A stretch of DNA of 64,000 nucleotides from Scyliorhinus canicula (Eukaryota). The notes under the pieces are model-generated. The model made no database searches and was not told the origin of the DNA. It was given only the letters and a program-made list of their open reading frames with translations. The stretch lies in assembly GCF_902713615.1 (NCBI RefSeq), contig NC_052154.1, forward strand, positions 63,409,652 to 63,473,651, given 5' to 3'. The first letter of the stretch is position 1. Every line of letters begins with the position of its first letter. Shown here piece after piece: positions 38,501 through 50,500 of the stretch. The position numbers and the translations under genes were made by a program.

Positions 38501-41500
38501 CTGGTCCCACCAATGGCGAACTGCACCCCCCTCCTCCTCCCCCCTTCCACTCCACGTTGGCTTCCCCAGCAACGGTTTATATGAGCCATGCAAAACGCTG
38601 TTGACATCGGCGGGACTGAACGATTCCGCTGCCAGGCAATGGCGGGCTGTTTTGGTTACTGGAAAACATGCCGCAGGGATGGAGTCAGAAAATCCCACCC
38701 ATTGTCTCTCTGCATTCTTCCTGCCAAAATGAATAATTTCACACCTCTCTGCAATAAATTTAATCTGCCACCCATTCCACTAACCTGTCTGGGTTGTTTT
38801 GAATGTCTACTCTACCTCCTCATGATTCACAATATTTCCAAATGTCTTAGCACCCCCAAATTTTGAAATTATGCCCTGTCTACCTAGCTCTAGGTCGGTA
38901 ACATATATCAGGAAGAGCAGGGATCTTAACACCGATCCATGGGGAACTCCTCTATAAACTTCCTCCTGTTTGAAAAACAATCTTTCATCACTACTCCCTG
39001 GGTGGAATTTCACGGCCCAACATGGCAGGTTGGAGCAGGAAAATGCAGCAAGCCGTTCAAATGTCCATTGACTGGCGGGACCAGAAATTCCCACTGGTAG
39101 GAGGGGCTTTAAAGTTGAGCTCCCTGTTTCCTGTCACAGTTAATTTCAAATCCATGTTGCTACTGTCCCTTTGATTCCATGATGTCCTACTTTGCTCACA
39201 TATCTGTTACGAGGCACTTTAAACTAAATCAACAGCAATTCCCTCATCAACCATCTCTGTTACCACATCAAAAAAACTCAAGCAAGTTAGTTAAACATAA
39301 TTTGTCTTGAACAAATTCACACTGCCTTTCCTTAAATTGACCTTCACTGCCTGAGAGTGTGGTGGACGCAGGTTCAATTGAGCCATTGAAAAGGGAATTA
39401 GACTTTTATGTGAAAAGGAAGAATGTGTAGAACTATGGGGAGGCAGCGAGGGATTGGAAATAGGCAAATTGCTCATTCGGAGAGCAAGTGTAGACATGAT
39501 GGGCCAAATGGCCTCCTTCTGCACTGTAACAATGCTGCGATTTCAAAGATCTCCATGTGCGCATTTTGTTCCCCAGAAACCGATGGAGGCAGGGTCATTG
39601 AATATTTTTAATGCAGAGATAGATAGATTCTTCACTAACGAAGGTTACCGAGACAGTGAACATAGAACATACAGTGCAGAAGGAGGCCATTCGGCACATC
39701 AAGTCTGCACCGACCCACTTAAGCCCTTATTTCCCCCTATCCCTGTAACCTAATAACCCCTCTAAACCTTTTTGGACACTAAGGGCAATTTAGCATGGCC
39801 AATCCACCTAACCTGCACGTCTTTGAGCTGTGGGAGAAAACCGGAGCACCCGGAGGAAACCCACGCAGACGGGAGAACTTGCAGACTCCGCACAGACAGT
39901 GACCCAGCGGTGAATCGAACCTGGGACCCTGGTGCTGTGATGCCACAGTGCTGGCCACTTCTGCTACCGTGTACCCTATCGAACCTAGGACCCTGGCACT
40001 GTGATGCCACAATGCTAACCATTGTGCTACCGTGCTGCCCCTTTCAACATATCACCTCTCATTCTTCTGAACTCCAAGGAGTACAGACCCGATCTACTTA
40101 ATCTTTCCTCACACAGCAGTCTCTCTGGTTGCAAAGTGTGCCTTTCGACTGAACAACCAACTAACAGAACCATAGAATCCCTAGAGTGCACAAGGAAGCC
40201 ACTCGGCCCATCGGGCCCCCACCGACCACTCTGATTGGGCACCCTGCCCAGGCACACTCCTCCACAATCCCACCCAACTCACACAAGTTAGATCAACCAT
40301 GATCTTATTGAATGACAGCGCAGGCTTCAGGGGCTGATAGAATTCAAAATTCAGTTTGGGAGTGAGAAAGTGGAGTCCCACACCAGTGTTCTGGAATTAA
40401 ACAAAGGTCATTAGATAGGCATAAGGACAGATTTGGCCCAAGTAGAGTGGGCAGGAAGGCTTAAAGGTAGGTCAGCTGATCAGGGGAGTTGTTTGAGGGA
40501 TATTCAATTCCTCACACAATATATTCCAGAGAGAAAGAAAGACGGTTAGATGGGGTACAAAAACATCCATGGCTAAGCAAGGAAGTTAAGGGCAATATAA
40601 AGACAAAAATTAAGGTATACCATGTTGCAAACGCCAGTGGCAGGCTGGAAGATTAGAAAACTTTCAAACATAACTAAAGGGTTACTAAGGGCTACTAAAA
40701 AGAATAAAAGAGCTATGGTAAATTACAAAAGAAAGCTAATGCAAAATATCAAAAAGGATAACAAAAGCTTCTATAAGTACATAAAAGGAAAGAGAGTCAC
40801 TCAACTAAATGTTGGCCCCTTGGAAGATGAAACCATAAAGTTAATAGTGGGGAACACAGAAATGGCAGAGATGCTAAATCAATATTTGCCTCAGTTTTCA
40901 TGGTGGTGGACAGTAGTACCATCTCTATAGGAACGGGTAATTCAGAGGTAATAGAAAGGGTGGAACTTAGAACAATCAGCATCAATAGGGAAATGGTACT
41001 CAACAAACTATTGGGATTGAAGGCAGACAAACCCGCTGGGGTCTGATGGCCTACATCCTAGGGTGTTAAAGGAAGTGACAGCGGAGATAGTTGATCCATT
41101 GGTCATAATTTTCCTAATTTTCCTGAACACGGGAAAGGTTCCAGTGGGTTGGAAAAATGCTAAAAATGCTTATTCAAAAAGGGAGGGAGGCAGAAAATAG
41201 GAAATTACAGACCAGTTAGTTTAACATCGGTTGTTGGGAAATGTTAGAATCCATTGTTAAGGAAGCAACATCAGGACATTTGGAAAGTCAAAACCCAATC
41301 CATCAGAATCAGCATGGTTTTATGAAGGGTAAATCGTATTTGACTATATTTGCTAGATTTCTTCAAAGATGTAACAAGCCAAGTGGATAATGTGGATCCT
41401 GTAGATGTAGTATATCTGGCCTTCCGGAAGGCATTTGATAAGGTGCCGCACAAAAGATTAAGTCTATACTCTTTAGAGTTTAGAAGAATGAGGGGGAGAT

Positions 41501-44500
41501 CCAATTGAGGTATATAGGATGATAAAAGGTATGGATAAAGTAGACGTGGAGTCGATGCTTCCTCTTGTGGTGTTTTCTCGAATGAGAGGTCATAGTCTCA
41601 GGATAAGGGATAACAAATTTAAAACAGAAATGAGGAGGAACTACTTCTTCCAAAGCGTTGTGAATCTGTGGAATTTGCTACCCCAGAGGGCGATGAATAC
41701 TGGGACAGTGAGTACATTTAAGGAGGTGTTGGACAGATTTTTTTCCAAAATATTTTTATTTGGTTTTTAACATTTTAACATTTTATACATTGGACAAAAC
41801 ACAAAGCAAAAAGAATAACAGAAGAACCCTTCCCACACTCTACCAACCAATACATAAATGACTCAAAAAATCCCCCCCCCCCCCCCACACACTTTTAGCA
41901 GCTGACAGTACCAACTCTTTAAAGTGAAGAATAAACAGACTCCATCTCATATGGAATCCCTCAAGGTGAACTTAACCTTCTCAAGATACAGAAACTCCCA
42001 TCAGGTCCCCCAGCCACACTGAGGCACAGGGCAGAGAAGCTGACCTCCACCCCAACAGGACCTGTCTGTGAGCAATCAGCGAGGCAAAGTCTAAAACACC
42101 CATCCCCGTCTGCAGCTCCGGTAGGACCGACACCCCAAATATGGCCCCCAGGAGACTGGGCACCAAGTCTAAGTGCAAGATTGTTGAGGTGGTGCTGAAG
42201 AAAGAACCCCAAAACCTCTCCAATTTCGGACAGGACTAGAACATATGTGCATGGTTGCCCGGGCCTCTCCCACAATGCTGGCAAGTGTCCTCCACCCCCT
42301 CAAACAACCAGCTCATCGTTGACCTCGTCAGGTGCACCCTGTGCACCATCTTTAATTGTATCAATCCTAGTCTCGCAAACGAGGTTTAGGCGTTCACACT
42401 TCGCAACATCTCACACCACAACCCCTCCTCCAGCACCACCCCAGCTCCTCCTCCCACTTGGCCTTAACCCCTCCAATAATGCTGCATTCTCCTCCAAAAT
42501 CCTCCCATAAATCGCTGAGATGCCCACTTCCCCATCACCGACAACACCCTCTCCTACAACAAGGAGGGTGGTGACACCGGATATGTCGAGAAAACCTTCC
42601 TTGCAAAATCCCAAACCTGCATACACCTAAAGGCCTCCCTCCGTGGAATCCTAAACTTCTCCGCCAACTCCTCCAAACTCACAAACCGCCCTTCCAGAAA
42701 TAAATCCTTCATTTCTACCACCCCCCGCTCCTCCCAGTCCCGAAACTTAGCATCCAATTTCGCCGGCACGTACAAATGATTGTCTTGGATTGGCATCAGC
42801 TTCGACCCGGCCCCTTACAAAAAATACTGCCAAAATTGCCTCCATATCTCCAGTGTGGCCATCATCCCCGGACTACCAAAATATTTCCCTGGGGCAACCG
42901 GGAGCGGCACCGTTGTCAGCGCCCACAGACCCCCCCCCCCCCCCTCGCACAAGAGCCTGCCTCCATCCTCACCCACATTGCTTCTTGCTTCCTTCCTCGA
43001 CCCGCACCTTCTCGCCGTTCACTGCCCAATAATATTAACTCAGATTCAGCAGGGCCAAACCCCATGACTGTTGCAATCTCTGAAGAACCACTTTCTGAAT
43101 CCTCACTACCTTACCTGCCCAGACAAAGGACGGAATCAACCGTTCCACCCCCATAAAAAATGCTTTTGCAAGAAGACCGATAAACACTGGAATGAAAAAC
43201 ATTCACCTTTACCGACTGTACCCGGCCTACCAATGACAAGGGGAGACTGTCCCACCTCAACAAATCCACCTTGAGCCTGCACATCAGGCTTCCTGGTATA
43301 TAAGAATACCACTGCCTTCCCACCTCACCTCCCGATTCTGCTTGGCCCATCTCCAGACCTTCTCCGCCATCTGATAGACGTGAAAACAGACTATTACAGC
43401 TCTTGGTGGATCATTCGCCTTTGGCTTTGGCCGGAGCACCCAATGGACCCTATCCAGCTCAGAGAGAGGTGTTCTACTCCTCCCCCAACAATTTGGCAAA
43501 CTTCCCCGAAAAGTACTCCCTCGGCTTCGGGCCTTCCAGCCCCTCAGGCAGCCCACGATACGAAGATTCTGCCACCGTGACCTGTTGTCTTTCCAAGAGC
43601 CTCCTTTATTGGGGCCAGCGTATCCTCCACTGACTGTCTGAGCATTCCCATCATCTACTTCCCATGCTGCTCAAAATGCTTCACAAACTGTCGCTCAAAC
43701 TCCATCGCCATCACCTCAGCCTGGCGAGCTGGCTGCCGCTATCTTTCCTCCCACAGAACTCTGCACTGTACCCAGGACCACTGGTGGACCAGCGTCGTTG
43801 CTTTTCGTGCTCAGTTCTTTTGCTGGATTTTTAACATCCTCTCACAGCCACGACTTTACTGAAGACAGTTCACAGAAACATTCCCCCCAAAAGTTGTTGA
43901 AAAGGGCCAAAAAATGAGAACTCTGGTGGGAGCCAGCCATCGTATGACCTCCATGTCATCACCGCAAGTCTCCAGACAGATTTTTAATTAGTAATAGCTT
44001 GAAGGGTTACAGAGAATGGGCAGGAGGGTGGAATTGAAGCCATGATAAGGTCAGCCATGATCGTATTGAATGGTGGGTCAAGCTCAAGAGGCTAAATTGC
44101 CTACTTTTGTTCCTGGTTCATATGTTCTAAGAAAGAACTATTCAGTCTAATTCCATCTTCCAGCTCTTGGTCTGTGGCCCTGTAGGTAATAAGTCTTACA
44201 ACACCAGGTTAAAGTCCAACAGGTTTGTTTCAAACACGAGCTTTCGGAGCGCAGCTCCTTCCTCAGGTGAAGGAGCACTGCTCCGAAAGCTCATGTTTGA
44301 AACAAATCTGTTGGACTTTAACCTGGTGTTGTAAGACTTCTTACTGTACTCACCCCAGTCCAACGCCGGCATCTCCACATCATGGCCTGTAGGTAATAGC
44401 ACCTCAAGCACAAATCTGCTGTTCTTGATTAATAAGGGGATTTCTTCATTAATAAGGGGATCAGGGGGCGGCATGGTGGTGCAGTGGTTAGCGCTGCTGC

Positions 44501-47500
44501 CTCACTGTGCCGAGAACCTGGGTTCAATCCCGGCCCTGGGTCACTGTCCATGTGAAGTTTGCACTTTCTACCCGTGTCTGCATGGGTCTCACCCTCACAA
44601 CCTAAAGATGTGCAGTGTAGGTGGATTAGCTACTCTAAAATTTCCCCTTAATTGGAAAGATTTGAAGAAAAAAAATGTTTTTAAATAAGGGGATCAGGGG
44701 TTATGGGGAGAAAGCAGGAGAATGGCGATGAGGAACATATCAGCCATGATCGAATGGCGGAGCAGACGATATGGGCCGAATGGCCTAAGTCTGCTCCTAT
44801 ATCTTATGGTTTTCTGGATTAGCTTACTCCTGTTTGTAAGTTATATGTTTATATGAGTCATCAACGACACATCCTGTGGAGGAGTGACTATTGTCTGATA
44901 GCCACTTCTGGATTTCTATGTTTAATTCTGCAGGTGAAGGCGACAGACTTTGCTGTCAATTTCATAAACGTAATGACTAGGAACCCTGACAATTTCGCTG
45001 TCATTGCAATAGCAAAACGTAGACCATTAAATATGGAGAGAAACTCAAAAGAAAACTGTTGGTTATCATATCTCCATCATTTATCATACAACTTGGAGTA
45101 ATTTGCACTTGAAACGATCGTGTTAAATGTGCAATATCTGCTCAAACCTACGAAACACCATTCCTGTGTTCCATTTCAGTGTTTAATGGTTAGCCAAGAA
45201 TATTTTGCACAATTATCCAAATCAAAATGACTCTTAAGTGAAAGCTGATGTAACTGGCATTGATTGGAACAGAATTAATTACCTAATTTTGCATATACGT
45301 TATCCACAAAAAAGTCATTGTTTAATGATGTCCAGTTAAGTGTTACAAAGCCTGGCTGGAAAGCTTCATCAATCCTGTGCACATGAGGTGAAATGAGGGT
45401 CTCATAGATAGGTTTAATTCTTGCCCGTACTCTGGAGTTCTCTTCTAGCAATAGCTGGAAATAACGACAAAGAATATTAGGATCCGCAACTCATTCCTTA
45501 ATTTTGATAGAAGGATAAAGTTACTGGGGTTAGAGTTCCTTGATACTCTCAGCAATCAAAGATCTTTGAGGGGAGCTAATTGCTAAAATTACCCCTCATA
45601 ATTAATTGTTGCGAGGAGCAAGTTATCTTGCAAACAGCTTTGGGTAATGTCATAAAACAAAAACATTAAGCTGGGATAGTTCGGACAAAATCACAGTTTT
45701 GAAATCACTACTGCGTATTTCTACAAATATTTTGATCTATATTTGTGCTCAAAGTATTGGAACTCAGTAAATATTTTGTCGACTTTTGTTATCGAGTGCC
45801 AGCAGCAAATATGGTATATCCAGATATAGATCAAAATCCCTCAACTTCAGCCAAAGAATATATAAAACGCAACTTCAGAAGAGTTCAAATGCTTTAAATT
45901 GTTTTAAGTATTCTGCCATAACTACCTTCACAATATCTCCAACCACGATTCACCAAATTATCCACTGCTTTAACAGAGATTTTAACATATTAATTTTAAA
46001 TAGGTTTATGTTGCCATTAAATTAACAAAGAATTAATATCATAGAGAACATTTTGAGCCCATGAATGTTTAAGCTTGGCACATGTGTGCACATTCTAACA
46101 GATGCAAAAAGGCATATTTTAATATTCCTTCCATTAAGTAAATTGTACATGTGTTTTCGTAAATAAAAAACATAAACACTTCTGTCAACCATTCCCAGCC
46201 TGGTGGGGTCAGGGGCCAACTTGAGTGGGTGGAGGACCTAAGATGTTGGTGGGAGGGGGCAGGAAGACCCAGTGAGGTGGTTATGGCTGATAGAGGAGGG
46301 AGGGGGTATGGGAGATTCCCCCAGGCCAAATGGTGACATGGAATATACAGGGATTGGTTGGGCCGGTGAAGAGGGCCAGAGTCTTTTCGCATTTGAAGAG
46401 CTTGAGAGCCGATGTGGTGCTGCTGCAGGAGACCCATCTGAGGGTGGAGGACCAGGTATGGCTTTGGAAGGGTTGGGTGAGTCAGTTGTTTCATTCTGGC
46501 TTTGATAGCAGAGCCCAGGAGGTAGCAATATTGATGAGTAAGAGGGTTAGGTTCCAGATGGAGCAGGTAGTGGCCCATCAGGGGGTAGATACTGTGATGT
46601 TCTCAGTTTTGTTTGTCTGGATGTCTTGATTGCTTGGTGTTGAACAAAGAACATCAAACTAAGTAAATTAGAAAAGCTGATTTATGAACACTACTTAAAT
46701 AAGATTCAAACGTATTCCTAAAGTATAAGGTTACGAAATTAAACTATGCTATCTCTAACTGCAGAATTCTCAAATACACAACTGATCTATCTCACGCCTA
46801 AACACGTTCTCTGAATCAAGGGAGGTCACATGATATATATACGTGACTGCTCTTGATCACCTTTTGGTGGTAAGAAGTATTAACATCACATTGTTGACTC
46901 TTTATCTCCCATAACATATACATATTGTTACAGATACGTTATAGTTAAGGGGACTTTGGAGGGCAGGTCGGGGTGTTGGTTTGCGTGAATTCCTCAAACT
47001 GGGATTATGTGGGTTTATGAAGAGGATGTTGGCAACCATCCCGGGCTTGGACATGGATCAGTTGGTTTTGGGTGGGGACGTAAATATGGTTTTGAACCCG
47101 AGATTGGATTGGTCGAAGCCACACTCACAGCCCCTACTGAGGGAGGGGAGTGTTCAAGGTGCTGGCGTTCATGAAGGAGATGGGGGGAGCAGACCCATGG
47201 CAGTTTCTGCACCCAGGGGGTAAGGAGTGTTCTTTCTTTTCTCCAATGCATAATGTATATTCGAGGATCGATTTATTTGTCGTGGGAAGGCTGTTGCTGC
47301 CAGGGGTGAGGAAAGCTGAATACTCAGCTATTTTTATTTCAGATTGTGCACCGCACTTGGTGAGTGTGATCTTGGAGAGGGGGATGGCACCGAGGCCGGC
47401 GTGGTGGATGAACATGGGTTGCTGGCGGATTTGCATTTCTGTGGGAGGATGGCAGAGATCATTGATGATTATGTTAGATTTAATAACAACGGGAAGGTCT

Positions 47501-50500
47501 TGTCGTCGGTGGTATGGGAGGGGTTGAAAGCGGTGGTGTAGGGAGAGGTTATCATGTATAAGGCACAGGTTGACAGGGAGGCTAGGGAGGAATGCCAACA
47601 GTTGGTGGATGAGATCTTGGAAGTGGAGGGAAGTATATGGATGATCCCATCCCTGAGTTGTTGGTTAGCAGGAAGGAGCTGCAGACAAAGTTTGATCTTT
47701 TGTCCACGGGGAAAGCGGTACTACAGATGAGGTGGGCAAAGGGGCCGGCGTATGGACATGGGGAGAAGGCCAGTTGTTTGTTGGTGTGTCGGCTCAGATG
47801 CCAGACAGCCTCCAGGGAGATTGTTCAGATTTGGGATGGAGCGGGAGAGTTGGTGTCGGTGCCAGAGCAGGTGAATAGGGTATTTGAGGACTTCTGTAAG
47901 AAATTGTACAGGTCGGAGCCCCCGGGGGATGAGTCAGATAATTGGCAGTTTTTAGAAAGATTGGAGTGTCCCACGTTGGGGGAGGAGGGCAGGGCCGGGT
48001 TCGATGATCCCGTAGGGATTGAGGAGGTGCGGACGGTGAATGGAAAAGGCGCCAGGGCCGGATGGGTTTCTGGTGGAGTTTATAAGAAATTTAGGCAAGT
48101 TGGCACCGTTGCTGGTGGAGATGTTCGCGGATGCGGTGGCGAGGGGCTGCTCAGAGTCAATGGGACAGGTGTCTATTTTGCTTTTGTGAAAGAAAGATAA
48201 GGACACAGTGGAGTGTGGGTCATTTCGGCCGATATCCCTGTTAAATGTGGACACCAAGATACTGCCAAGGTATTGACATTTGGGCTGGAGGAGTGCCTCC
48301 CACAGGTAGTTAGTGAGGACCAGAGGAGGTTTATAAAGGGGAGGCAGTCAGCATCAAATGTGCGGTGTCTGTTAAATGTGGTTCTGTCCCCGGCAGAAAG
48401 GGAGGAGTAGGAGGTCATAGTGGTGTTGGACGCGAAAAAGACGTCTGACAGTGTCAAGTGGAGCTATTTGTTTGCGGTGCTGGAGAGGTTCAGGATAGGG
48501 CCTAAATTTGTGGCATGGTCAAGTTGTGATACACGGATCCGATGGAGAGCGTTCGTACGAACGAGGTGATCTCGGGGTACTTCCAGCTTCAGAGGGGAAT
48601 GAGGCAGGAGTGTCCCATGTCCCTCCTCTTGTTTGTGTTGGCGATAGAGCTCTTGGCCATTCCGCTGAGGCGTTCAGATAAGTGGAAGGGTATAGTAACA
48701 ATAATAATCATTATTGTCAGAAGTAGGCATACATTATCACTGCAATGAAGTTACTGTGAAAATACCCTAGTCACCACACTCCGGCGTCTGTTCGGGTACA
48801 CAGAGGGAGAATTCAGAATGTCCGATTCACCAAACAAGCACGTCTTTCGGGACTTGTGGGAGGGAGTGAGGAGGGAGTGGAGCACAGGATGCTGACGACC
48901 TGCTTTTGTACATATCAGACCTGATTCCTAAGGTGTGAGACATAATAATAATCACTTATTGTCACGCTTCAGTGAAGTTACTGTGAAGAGCCCCTAGTCG
49001 CCACATTCTGGCACCTGTTCGGGGAGGCCGGTATGGGAATTGAACCCGCGCTGCTGGCAATGTTCTGCATTTCAAGTCAGCTATTTAGCCCACTGTGCTA
49101 AACCAACCCAATGAGGGCTGGCACGAAATGGGGCTGCGACAGAGGTTTGAGGCTTTTTCAGGTTGCAAACTAAATTTGGAGAAGAGTTTCCCTGCCGGGA
49201 AAGAGGACTAACGTGCGGGGGTTGCCGTTTTGGGTGGTGGCACCCATTCATGTGTCTGGGGGTGCAGATGACTCGTGATTGGACCCGACTCCCTAAATTA
49301 AATTTCACAAGCCTAGTGAGTCGGGTCAATGCAGACTTGCAGACGTGGGATAGCCTCCCCCTGTTTCTTGCAGGCCAAATGCAATCGGTGAAAATGAATA
49401 TTTTGCCATGTTTTCTATTTTATCCCAGTGACCTCGGTCTTCCTGCCAAAGGTATTTTTGTGGGAGTGGAGCCGCTAATCTTATCATTCTTTTGGGCTGG
49501 GAAGATCACTAGGATTGATAAAACGGTGCTTCAGAGAGGGAAACAGTTGGAATGCCGAGAAGGTGTGAGATTGGGGTAATGAGCCTGAAGCAGTGTGGGT
49601 GAAGATGGAGGCTGGCTCGTGTAGGGGGTCGAGGTTGTGGGGGTTGGCTATGGTGCCGCTCCCGCTCGTGCTGGGGAAGTACTCGAGTAGCCCAGTATTG
49701 GTGGCAACGCTGAAGATATGGAGGCAATTTCGGCAGAATTTTAAATTAGGGGCGCATCGAAATTGATTCCGGTCTTAGAGAATCAAGTTTGAACCGGCCA
49801 AATTTGATGTGAGGTTTCGGGGCTGGGAGGAGAAGGGGGTGGTGACACTAAAGGATCTATTCCTGGGAGGACAATTCGCAAAGTTGAAAGAGTTGAGGCA
49901 AAAGTTTGGTTTCGGACCGAGGTTTTTAGGTACATGCAGGTGGTGGATTTTGTCAGGAAGATTTTCCCAACGATTCCAGTGATGCCTCCCCCCCCCTCTT
50001 TGCTGGAGGGGATGCTGTCAGTGATGGGGTTGGAGGGGGATGTCATCTCAGCTATTTATGGGATGATTATGCAGGAGGATGCGGTGACTTTGGAGGGTGT
50101 GAAGACTAAGTGGGAGGAGGAATCGAGGGGGTGCTGGAAGCGAGGTGTTGCAGAGTGTGAATGCATCAACCTCTTGTGTGAGGCTGGGGCTGATGCAGTT
50201 AAGGGTGGTGCACAGGGTGCACCTAACAAGGTTGAGGATGAGTCAGTTGTTTGAGGGGTGGAGGACTTTTGTGGGCATCGTGAGAGGGGGGCAGGCCAAC
50301 CATGTACATATGTTTTGGTCGTGCTGAAGTTGAGGAAATTCTGGGGCTCCTTCTTCAGCACCATGTCACCGAATTAGCAAATAGTCTTGGAGCCCAATCC
50401 CCTGGGGGCCATATTCGGGGTGTCGGACCTGTCAGAGCTGCAGTCGCGGTAAGATCCTAGCAGATGGCTAGGATGCAGGCGGGTCCTGTTGTGGTGGAGG

